Assembly (NCBI GenBank): GCA_036397655.1
Contig: DASWIN010000143.1
Coordinates: 1-48,833, forward strand
DNA: 48,833 nt
Source of the DNA: Nitrospiraceae bacterium
GTDB lineage: Bacteria; Nitrospirota; Nitrospiria; Nitrospirales; Nitrospiraceae
Direction of reading: 5' to 3'
Part shown: piece after piece, positions 17,181 to 26,779 of the stretch
How positions within the stretch are numbered: position 1 is the first letter of the stretch
Layout: every line of letters starts with the position of its first letter
Position numbers and translations under genes: made by a program
The notes under the pieces: model-generated
Told to the model about the DNA's origin: nothing
Seen by the model: only the letters and a program-made list of their open reading frames with translations
Databases searched by the model: none

Positions 17181-17729
17181 ATGGAGAAAATTTTCGGCCG
17201 ACCGATCGTGACCCAGGAGGATATGCGGCGCCGCATCGAGGAGCTCGGGCGGCAGATCGCCTCGGATTACGAGGGGAAGGAGCTCATTCTCGTCGGGATC
17301 CTGAAAGGGGCCTTCGCCTTCTATGCCGATCTGGCCCGTGCCATCCGGGCGCCGCTGCGCGTGGATTTTCTGATCGTGACCAGCTACGGCTCCAAGGCGA
17401 AGACGTCGGGGAAGGTGAAGATAGCCACGGATCTGACCGAGGACATCAAGGGGCGTGATGTCCTGCTGGTGGAGGACATCGTGGATTCGGGCCTGACGGC
17501 CCAGTATCTGCTCAAGACCCTGGCGAAACGCAAACCCCGATCCATCAAGGTCTGCGCGCTGCTCAGCAAGCCGGAGCGGAGGAAGATCGCGGTCACGGTG
17601 GATTATGTCGGGTTCGAGATTTCCAATAAGTATGTCGTGGGGTACGGGCTGGATTACCAGCAGCAGTACCGCAATCTGCCGTACCTGGCGGTGCTCGACA
17701 AAGTGGATGAAGAGGGACGAAAAGCCTAG
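17181..17729 (+). CDS. hpt: Hypoxanthine phosphoribosyltransferase
   Basis: LVGILKGAFAFYADLARAI..., PRPP-binding motif VLLVEDIVDSGLT, and VGYGLDY. Confidence 0.96.
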   Translation: MEKIFGRPIVTQEDMRRRIEELGRQIASDYEGKELILVGILKGAFAFYADLARAIRAPLRVDFLIVTSYGSKAKTSGKVKIATDLTEDIKGRDVLLVEDIVDSGLTAQYLLKTLAKRKPRSIKVCALLSKPERRKIAVTVDYVGFEISNKYVVGYGLDYQQQYRNLPYLAVLDKVDEEGRKA

Positions 17730-17939
17730 CCCGCAATACCCATGAACGCTTCTGCTGCAATCGCGAATTCGCGGCTACGACAAGCCTGGTCGTGCGCTTT
17801 GAGCGACCAGGCGGGCGGGCTCGCCGCTTGGTCGGTCAACATACTGCTCCCAGTATGCCTCCCTCCCTCGCGGCTCCGCGCACCCGTCTCGCCATGCGAC
17901 TTCACGATTTCGCGACGAACCGCCATGGATAATGCGGGC
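17729..17939 (-). repeat. MITE-like palindromic intergenic repeat, copy 4 (211 bp)
   Basis: TIRs gcccgcaatacccatg (17729-17744) and catggataatgcgggc (17924-17939). Colinear with copy 1. Central hairpin catact-gctccc-agtatg (17840-17857). The first base is the third base of the hpt TAG stop. Confidence 0.85.
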
Positions 17940-18031
17940 TTGCTTGGAAGATTGTGCGTTTCCGGCACCCTGTGTTAGGATGACGCCACGAGGGGCCGCC
18001 TGTGCGGGCGGTTGTGTCACGAGGAGGCTGG

Positions 18032-19843
<1,812 letters not shown>

Positions 19844-19885
19844 TCAATCCTGGTTCGTCATGATACGTTCACACGTCCGGTACGG

Positions 19886-20782
19886 ATGCGTCGTTCGAGC
19901 AACTCGCTGAGTGTGATGCCGCCATCGCCAGACCATCCCGCACCCATTCTGCTGATGCGAGGGCGCCGGCTTGTCCTCGACCGCCCGCTGGTCATGGGTG
20001 TGCTGAACGTCACGCCGGATTCGTTTTCTGACGGAGGGCTGTACCTTGACCCCGGCGCGGCGGTCAAGCATGCGCTGGAGATGGTCGACGAAGGGGCCGA
20101 CCTGATCGATATCGGCGCCGAGTCCTCCCGTCCCGGCGCGGAGCCGGTTTCCGAAGCCGAGGAACTCAGCCGGCTGGTTCCCGTCGTCCAGGAAGTCTGC
20201 CGCCGCGTAACGGTTCCGGTGTCGGTGGATACGACCAAAGCCGCGGTGGCTCGTCAGGCGCTCGACGCTGGCGCTGCGATCATTAACGACATCAGCGCAC
20301 TGCTCGCCGATCCGGCCATGGCGGGGGCGGTGGCGAAAGCCGGCGCCGGCCTGGTCCTGATGCACATGCAGGGGACGCCGCAGACCATGCAGCGGGCGCC
20401 GCGCTACGGTGACATCGTGGCCGAGGTGCGTGAATTTCTGCGCGCGCGCATGCAGGCAGCCGTGGAGGCGGGGATTGCGGCAGGTCAGATCTTGCTTGAC
20501 CCCGGCATCGGATTTGGGAAAAATCTCGAGCAGAATCTCATCCTGCTGGATCGGCTCGATGCGTTTCAGACTCTGGGTCGTCCGATTCTTGTCGGCGTGT
20601 CACGGAAGGCGTTCATCGGAGAGGTGCTGGGCAGGCGGGCCGGCGACCGGCTTCTGGGAACCGCCGCGGCGGTGGCGGCGGCGGTATTGCGCGGGGCGGG
20701 GGTGGTTCGGGTGCACGATGTCAGGGCCATGCAGGATGTCGTCAGGGTGATCGATGCGATCCAAAAGCACAGGCCGCGGTAA
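19886..20782 (+). CDS. folP: Dihydropteroate synthase
   Basis: [27 protein letters not shown] and RVHDV motifs. The exact start is uncertain because several in-frame Met codons occur in the first 24 codons. Confidence 0.94.
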   Translation: MRRSSNSLSVMPPSPDHPAPILLMRGRRLVLDRPLVMGVLNVTPDSFSDGGLYLDPGAAVKHALEMVDEGADLIDIGAESSRPGAEPVSEAEELSRLVPVVQEVCRRVTVPVSVDTTKAAVARQALDAGAAIINDISALLADPAMAGAVAKAGAGLVLMHMQGTPQTMQRAPRYGDIVAEVREFLRARMQAAVEAGIAAGQILLDPGIGFGKNLEQNLILLDRLDAFQTLGRPILVGVSRKAFIGEVLGRRAGDRLLGTAAAVAAAVLRGAGVVRVHDVRAMQDVVRVIDAIQKHRPR

Positions 20783-22151
20783 GGCGGCGTCGGCACCAAA
20801 AGCCAGAAAGTTGTTCGGCACGGACGGGGTGCGGGGCGTCGCCAACCTCGAGCCGATGACGAGCGAAACGGCCATGAAGCTGGGCCGGGCGGCCGCCTAT
20901 TTGTTCAAGCGCCGGGCCGGCCGGCACCAGATCGTCATCGGCAAGGACACCCGCCTGTCGGGCTACATGCTGGAGTCGGCGCTCACATCGGGCATCTGCT
21001 CGATGGGGGTGGATGTCTATCTGATCGGTCCCATGCCGACGCCGGGCGTCGCGTTCCTGACCCGCAGCCTGCGGGCGGATGCCGGCGTCATGCTCTCCGC
21101 GTCCCACAATCCCTACCAGGATAACGGCATCAAGTTCTTTTCCAATGATGGCTTCAAGCTGCCCGACGATTTTGAATCGAGGATGGAGGATCTGATCACA
21201 TCGAACGAGATCGAGCATCATCGGCCGACCGCCGACGCGGTGGGCAAGGCCTATCGCATCGACGATGCGGAAGGACGGTATATCGAGTTCGTGAAACGCT
21301 CGATTCCGCGCGCGCTGGATTTTCAGGGCTTGAAAGTCGTTGTCGACTGCGCGCATGGCGCGGCCTACAAGGTGTCTCCCAAGGTCCTGCGGGAGCTGGG
21401 CGCGACGGTCTGGGTGATCGGAGACGCGCCGGACGGCATGAACATCAATGCGGGATGCGGGGCCGTGTATCCCGCACGGTTGCAGGGGGCGGTTCGGGAA
21501 CACCAGGCCGATATCGGCATTGCGCATGACGGCGACGCGGACCGGGCGATTTTTGTCGACGAGCGGGGGCGATTGGTTGACGGCGATCATGCCATGGCCG
21601 CGCTGGCGCTGGACATGCACGCCCGCGGCGAGTTGAAGAAGAAGACCGTGGTGGGGACCGTGATGAGTAATTTTGGCCTTGAGCAGGTGTTGACCAAGGC
21701 CGGGATCACACTGGTCCGCACGGGGGTCGGCGATCGCTATCTGCTGGAGGCGATGCAGGCCGGCGGGTACAATTTCGGCGGCGAGCAATCGGGGCATTTG
21801 ATTTTCCTCGATCACAACACGACCGGAGACGGCCTGATCTCCGGACTGCAAGTCCTCTCGCTGATGAAGCGCTCCGGGCGTGCCCTGTCGGATCTCGTCG
21901 CATGCATGAAACCGGTCCCGCAGATACTGTTGAACATCGCGGTGAAGGTCAAGCCGGACCTGGACGAACTGCCCGGGTTCAGGCAGGCCCTCCGGAAGGG
22001 CGAGGCGAAACTCAACGGCCGCGGGCGCGTCCTGGTTCGCTATTCCGGCACGGAGCCGCTGCTTCGCATCATGGTCGAGGGGGAAGGCGAGGCCCTCATC
22101 CGTTCGGTCGCCGAAGATCTGGCCGGCGTCGTTCGCGCACGCCTGGGGTAA
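20754..22151 (+). CDS. glmM: Phosphoglucosamine mutase
   Basis: [12 protein letters not shown], the active-site serine loop [15 protein letters not shown], and GEQSGH. The start could be the ATG at 20754 (29-nt overlap with folP) or the TTG at 20811. Confidence 0.95.
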   Translation: MRSKSTGRGKAASAPKARKLFGTDGVRGVANLEPMTSETAMKLGRAAAYLFKRRAGRHQIVIGKDTRLSGYMLESALTSGICSMGVDVYLIGPMPTPGVAFLTRSLRADAGVMLSASHNPYQDNGIKFFSNDGFKLPDDFESRMEDLITSNEIEHHRPTADAVGKAYRIDDAEGRYIEFVKRSIPRALDFQGLKVVVDCAHGAAYKVSPKVLRELGATVWVIGDAPDGMNINAGCGAVYPARLQGAVREHQADIGIAHDGDADRAIFVDERGRLVDGDHAMAALALDMHARGELKKKTVVGTVMSNFGLEQVLTKAGITLVRTGVGDRYLLEAMQAGGYNFGGEQSGHLIFLDHNTTGDGLISGLQVLSLMKRSGRALSDLVACMKPVPQILLNIAVKVKPDLDELPGFRQALRKGEAKLNGRGRVLVRYSGTEPLLRIMVEGEGEALIRSVAEDLAGVVRARLG

Positions 22152-22157
22152 CGGCGG

Positions 22158-24737
22158 TTGTTTCTCTTTATGGCCGGCGCCGTGCTGCTTGGCGTGGCGC
22201 TGGGCTCCTACCTGGTCTATGTTCCCCTGTTGATCCTCTTCTGCCTGCTCCTTGCGGCGATCAGCCTGACGATTGGTGAACGGTACGGCAAGTGGACGGC
22301 TGCGCAGGGAGCCGTGCTCTACGGGGCTCTGCTGGCCGGGGTCCTGCTCTGGGAGGCCTGTGCAGGGGGCGGGCCGGGTTCTCCACTCGCCGCGCTGGAT
22401 GGACAGGGACCGGTGCGGTTGAGTGGAACGGTCGTTGAGCCGCCACGACACGCGCCGAACCGCACCGTGCTGGTCCTGAACGCTACACAGGTGGGTGAGG
22501 GACCGCGGAGCCGTGCCGTCAGCGGCCGGCTGCGCGTGACGTGGCGGGAGCCGGACCGGATCTTCCTCCCGGGCGACGAGGTCGGCTTCACGGCGCGCGT
22601 GCATCCTCCGTCAGGGACGCGGAACCCCGGCGGGTTCGACTATGGCGCCTATCTGGTTCATCAGGGAATCGACGCGGTGGCATCCCTGTCCGGTCCGGGA
22701 CGCGTCGTGCTCACCGCCGCTCCGTCACATCTTTCACGGTGGACGCCCTGGCGCGTCATCGAGCAGTGGCGTGGGCGCATCCGCGAGGCGGCACTGGGAA
22801 CGCTCTCGGATCCCGCGCGAGGCATATTTCTCGGGATCATCGTCGGGGAGCAGGGTTATCTGACGGACGAGGTCCGGGATGCCTTCATGGCCACCGGGAC
22901 CGTGCATATTCTTTCCATTTCAGGCTCGCACCTCGGGCTGGTCGCCCTGCTGTCGTTTCTGTTTGTCAAAGGCGGCTGCCGAATGCTTCCGGTCACGTGG
23001 CTGCTGGCCCTGTCGAGAGTGATTACGCCGACGCGCCTGGCGGCGGTCGCGACGATGGTCCTCGTGACGTTTTATACGCTGTTGGCCGGGGCGGAGGTCG
23101 CGACGGTCCGTTCGCTGGTGATGATCGCGATCGTCATGCTGGCGGTGTGGCTGGGACGGGCGCATGACCTGCTGCGCGCCGTGGCCTTTGCCGCACTGCT
23201 GCTGGTTGTGCAGAATCCCCGTGCGCTCTACGACATTTCCTTTCAACTGTCGTTCATGGCTGTCGTGGCCATCGCGCTGGTGATCGGGGCGCGCTCGGCC
23301 GAGGAGGCCGATGGGTTGCCGCCCCGGCACAGGTCGGTCTGGGATCGGGCGGGAACGCGGCTGGGGGACTATCTCTGGCTGACCGGCGGCGTCACCCTCG
23401 CGACGCTTCCCCTCGTGGCCTATCACTTCAAGCAGATTGCGTGGCTGGGTGTGATCGCCAACGCCGTGGTGGTGCCGCTCGCCGGGTTTGTCCTGGTGCC
23501 GCTGGGATTGGGCTCGGCGGTCTGGCTGTTGGTCACCGGTCAGGAGTCGCTTCCCGCCGCGTCCGTGCACCAGGCCGTGTCTGAGTCCATGTCGAACATC
23601 GTCGGCCTGTTGGCGATGGCGCCGGGCGCCGAGTGGCACGTCGCGTCGCCGGCGGTCCTGGCGATGGCGGCGTTCTATGTTCTCCTTGCCGGCGTGATAT
23701 GGCCTGCTACAGAGGGGCGCGGCGCATGGTGGCGGCGGCGGGTCAGTCTCATCGGCGTGATGCTGGTGTTGGTCTGGTGGGGCTGGTCGCCGCGCGATGC
23801 GCCTGGCACCGACACCGTCCGTGTCACATTTCTGGATGTGGGACAGGGTGATGCCTGTGTGCTGGAATTGCCTGACGGTCAGACGGTCCTCATTGACGCC
23901 GGCGCGCGGTACGACACGCTCGACATGGGCCGCGCCGTCGTGGGGCCGTACCTGTGGGAGAGAGGCATCACGCGTCTCGATCATGTGGTGGCGACGCATC
24001 CACAGCTGGACCATGTCGGAGGCCTTGCGTGGGTGATCCGGTCGTTCGATGTCGGCCGATACTGGAGCAACGGGGTGGCGCGGGAGGAGCCGTTTTATCG
24101 GCGATTGCAAGATGCGCTGCGGGCTCGGGGGCTTGTCGAAGAGCGGGCGGAGGAAGGGCGGGCCATCATCGACGCGGGGCCGTGCCGGTTGCATGTGCTG
24201 AATCCTCCGGCCAACCCCATCCGTTCGTGGCCGGAGGACGGGGCGCAGCGAACATCGAGTGGGAGCATCCTGAACAACCTGTCGATCGTCACCAGGTTGC
24301 AGTGCGGGGCACAGACGTTTTTATTGACGGCGGACGCCGAAGCCGGTGCATTGGCGAGGCTCCACCGACGGGAACCGCGCGCGCGCGCGACCATTCTCAA
24401 GGTGCCGCATCACGGTGCGGCGAGTTCGTTATATCGCCCGTGGATCGAGCAGGCGGGGGCGCGGGCCGCCGTCATTTCGGCGGGACGGCATAACGCCTAT
24501 GGCCACCCGGCCACGGATGTGGTCACGGCCTATCAAGAGTCTGGAGTTTACCTGCTGCGCACGGATCAGGATGGCGCTGTATGGATCACGGCCTGGCTGT
24601 CCCGCCCGGGATTTCGCATTGAGACGGCTCAGGAAGGCGGCCTCACCCCAATCCCAATCAGTGACATTTTGGGTCCTTCCGAAGGCAAGAATTACGCACG
24701 GTTCTTGAAGAAGATGGCCATTTGGCATGACGGCTAA
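22158..24737 (+). CDS. comEC: DNA internalization-related competence protein ComEC/Rec2
   Basis: 859-aa polytopic membrane protein with the competence-domain block ...GTVHILSISGSHLG... and a C-terminal metallo-beta-lactamase domain (VTFLDVGQGDACVLELPDGQTVLIDAG, HPQLDHVGG, KVPHHG). Confidence 0.92.
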   Translation: MFLFMAGAVLLGVALGSYLVYVPLLILFCLLLAAISLTIGERYGKWTAAQGAVLYGALLAGVLLWEACAGGGPGSPLAALDGQGPVRLSGTVVEPPRHAPNRTVLVLNATQVGEGPRSRAVSGRLRVTWREPDRIFLPGDEVGFTARVHPPSGTRNPGGFDYGAYLVHQGIDAVASLSGPGRVVLTAAPSHLSRWTPWRVIEQWRGRIREAALGTLSDPARGIFLGIIVGEQGYLTDEVRDAFMATGTVHILSISGSHLGLVALLSFLFVKGGCRMLPVTWLLALSRVITPTRLAAVATMVLVTFYTLLAGAEVATVRSLVMIAIVMLAVWLGRAHDLLRAVAFAALLLVVQNPRALYDISFQLSFMAVVAIALVIGARSAEEADGLPPRHRSVWDRAGTRLGDYLWLTGGVTLATLPLVAYHFKQIAWLGVIANAVVVPLAGFVLVPLGLGSAVWLLVTGQESLPAASVHQAVSESMSNIVGLLAMAPGAEWHVASPAVLAMAAFYVLLAGVIWPATEGRGAWWRRRVSLIGVMLVLVWWGWSPRDAPGTDTVRVTFLDVGQGDACVLELPDGQTVLIDAGARYDTLDMGRAVVGPYLWERGITRLDHVVATHPQLDHVGGLAWVIRSFDVGRYWSNGVAREEPFYRRLQDALRARGLVEERAEEGRAIIDAGPCRLHVLNPPANPIRSWPEDGAQRTSSGSILNNLSIVTRLQCGAQTFLLTADAEAGALARLHRREPRARATILKVPHHGAASSLYRPWIEQAGARAAVISAGRHNAYGHPATDVVTAYQESGVYLLRTDQDGAVWITAWLSRPGFRIETAQEGGLTPIPISDILGPSEGKNYARFLKKMAIWHDG

Positions 24738-24743
24738 AACTTC

Positions 24744-24772
24744 TTGACAAAACAATAAGTTAGGGGTATTGT
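24744..24772 (+). promoter_or_regulatory. Sigma70-type promoter upstream of the HD-GYP / polysaccharide gene run
   Basis: TTGACA (24744-24749), 17-nt spacer, TATTGT (24767-24772). It would give a leader of about 135 nt before the ATG at 24914. Confidence 0.55.
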
Positions 24773-24853
24773 GCGCCAGTTTATTATGCTTAGCCCCCCA
24801 CTGCACTGGCGGCAGCGGCAAGTAGGAGTCTCCCTCCTGGTTCGAGTATTTCT

Positions 24854-24862
24854 CCCCCCCCC
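24854..24862 (+). repeat. C9 homopolymer in the HD-GYP leader
   Basis: Nine consecutive C residues (tct-ccccccccc-acgg) between the predicted promoter and the HD-GYP start codon. Confidence 0.95.
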
Positions 24863-24913
24863 ACGGTCGTGCATGACGAAATTGAAAATGACAAAGGATA
24901 GACGCGCGGTACG

Positions 24914-25930
24914 ATGGTCCGTATGAGTGACATTATCCGAGATCCGGTCGGCGGTTCCGGCGGTTCCGAGCCTGTGTCGTTCCGCTCACTTGCCGCTGTT
25001 TCGGTCCCTGCGCCTGTCCTCTACACGGGACCGGATTGGTATCGGATGGCCGAAGAGGCGCTGATCCGTCTGGCGTCCGCGAGCCAGACGGGCAATCCGT
25101 TCAAGCTCGAAGGCCTGGCGCGCGTGGCGATGATGGAAGAGTTCACGAAAATTGCCACGGGATTCGTGGACGCGCTCCGGCAAGGCGATCATTTTCTGGC
25201 CAAGGCGATTGCCGGAAAAAAAGGATCGCCGGTCATTTCCAATATGGTCAATGTGTCCATCCTGGCTACGAAGCTGGGGATGGGGATCGGCTATCAACGT
25301 GAGGCCTTGATCGGTCTGGCCCTGGCCGGCCTGTTGCATGATGTCGGCATGTTCCACTTGCCGGACTCATTGCTGTCGAACCCGGGCAAGCTAAACGAAG
25401 ACGAACGGGCGCAGATCCGGAAGCATCCTGAGGTCGGATCCCAGATGCTGAGCGCGCTGGGGGCACAATACGCCTGGCTGGCGCAAGTCGCCGGTCAGGA
25501 GCATGAACGGTGGGACGGCAAGGGCTATCCCAATGGGCTGACGGGCGAGCAAATCCATGAATACGCCCGCATCATCGGCCTGGTCGACATCTTCGAGGCG
25601 CTCATGAATCCGCGACCGTACCGGCGCCGGCTGATGCCGCACGAAGCGGTCCGGGAGTTGCTGGTCGCCGAAAAGACGGCCTTCCCCAATCAAATCATCA
25701 AGGCGCTGGTCCAGCAGTTCTCGCTCTTTCCGTTGGGCACGATGGTGCAGCTGAATACCGGCGAGGTCGGTGTCGTCACGCAGTTGAATCCGCGATATCC
25801 CCTGCGACCCGTCGTGTCGGTCAATCAGGGGACAGGTGGGCCGGGCTCCGGTGCGGCCAAGTCCGTGGATTTGAGCGCAACGACGCTGGTGCATATCGTG
25901 GAAGTGGTCGGATCGGAGGCGGGCAAATAG
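24914..25930 (+). CDS. HD-GYP domain c-di-GMP phosphodiesterase
   Basis: LLHDVGMFHLPD (HD motif), IRKHPEVG, and EHERWDGKGYPNGL (GYP motif). The N-terminal ~130 aa have no domain I can recognise. Confidence 0.9.
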   Translation: MVRMSDIIRDPVGGSGGSEPVSFRSLAAVSVPAPVLYTGPDWYRMAEEALIRLASASQTGNPFKLEGLARVAMMEEFTKIATGFVDALRQGDHFLAKAIAGKKGSPVISNMVNVSILATKLGMGIGYQREALIGLALAGLLHDVGMFHLPDSLLSNPGKLNEDERAQIRKHPEVGSQMLSALGAQYAWLAQVAGQEHERWDGKGYPNGLTGEQIHEYARIIGLVDIFEALMNPRPYRRRLMPHEAVRELLVAEKTAFPNQIIKALVQQFSLFPLGTMVQLNTGEVGVVTQLNPRYPLRPVVSVNQGTGGPGSGAAKSVDLSATTLVHIVEVVGSEAGK

Positions 25931-25946
25931 GCGTCACGAGATCGAG

Positions 25947-26750
25947 ATGATACGCAATCCACTGACACGGGCTCTGTGCCTGCTGCTTTCGGGATATCTG
26001 ATCCTCGGGCCCCTGGGCTGCAGAAACCCCATGCAATCGGCCCTGCCGCCATCGGCCATCGCTCCGCCGGGGACGAAGGTGCCTCCTCTTCCCAAGGGCG
26101 ATCTCTATGCGGATGAAACGGTCGTGAGCGCCGATGCAATCGTCGACCCCGGCGATACGCTGGACATCATTATCCGCCGCGGTGCCGGCGAGGAGAAGCA
26201 TTCCAACGTGGTCCAGGAATCGGGCATGGTGGTGGTCTCATTTCTTGAAGTGGACGTGAAGGGGCAGACGGCGGCCCAAGCGGCAGAATCGATCAAGGAA
26301 GCTGTGACGCCGTACATGAACAACCCGCACGTGCAAGTTCTGTTGAAGAAGAAATCGCTCAAGCTGAAGCGGTTTTTTGTGTTTGGCGACGTCAAGAAGC
26401 CCGGCCACTTTCCATTGGCACGAAACATGACCGTCCTGCAGGCCGTTGTCAGCGCGGAAACCTACAATGAAACGGCCCTGCTGGATGAGATTCGAGTCAT
26501 CCGCGGGGGGGACTTGAACAATCCCCAGATCCTCGTCGCCGACATCTCCCGGGCCATGACGTACGGCGATATGAGCCGAAATCTGGCCCTCCAGGAGAAT
26601 GATATCGTCTATGTGCCCCGCGAGCGGCTGGGCGATGCCAGGGAGACGGCGACCAAGATATTCCCGCTCATTTATATCGGCATCACGCCGATCTTTTTTG
26701 CCGCGCTGGTTCCAACCTTTTTCCCGGGCGCGAAGGTGGGGGGGAATTAG
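25947..26750 (+). CDS. Polysaccharide export outer-membrane protein (Wza/OPX-like, probable lipoprotein)
   Basis: Signal sequence ending LILGPLGC (lipobox-like). Poly_export-type block DPGDTLDIII, and an SLBB-like block FFVFGDVKKPGHFPLARNMTVLQAV. Confidence 0.85.
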   Translation: MIRNPLTRALCLLLSGYLILGPLGCRNPMQSALPPSAIAPPGTKVPPLPKGDLYADETVVSADAIVDPGDTLDIIIRRGAGEEKHSNVVQESGMVVVSFLEVDVKGQTAAQAAESIKEAVTPYMNNPHVQVLLKKKSLKLKRFFVFGDVKKPGHFPLARNMTVLQAVVSAETYNETALLDEIRVIRGGDLNNPQILVADISRAMTYGDMSRNLALQENDIVYVPRERLGDARETATKIFPLIYIGITPIFFAALVPTFFPGAKVGGN

Positions 26751-26779
26751 CTCGTGCATAACATGTCGCAGGGATTGCC

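Noticed and set aside
20742-22604. 620-aa ORF antisense to glmM and the comEC 5' end
   Set aside because: It lies opposite glmM, which has the catalytic SASHNP loop. Composition is low-complexity and it crosses an intergenic junction. Shadow ORF.
22920-24194. 424-aa ORF antisense to comEC
   Set aside because: The product is extremely Arg/Pro/His/Gln-rich, and the sense strand encodes a coherent polytopic ComEC with a metallo-beta-lactamase domain.
24773-24913. c-di-GMP riboswitch or other riboswitch in the HD-GYP leader
   Set aside because: The leader has a 7-bp hairpin (cgccagt...actggcg) and a short aggag/ctcct stem. I could not match it to the GEMM-I/II consensus (no tetraloop/receptor arrangement or conserved GCAAA/ACGCA-type blocks). 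This needs an Rfam cmscan to be excluded properly.
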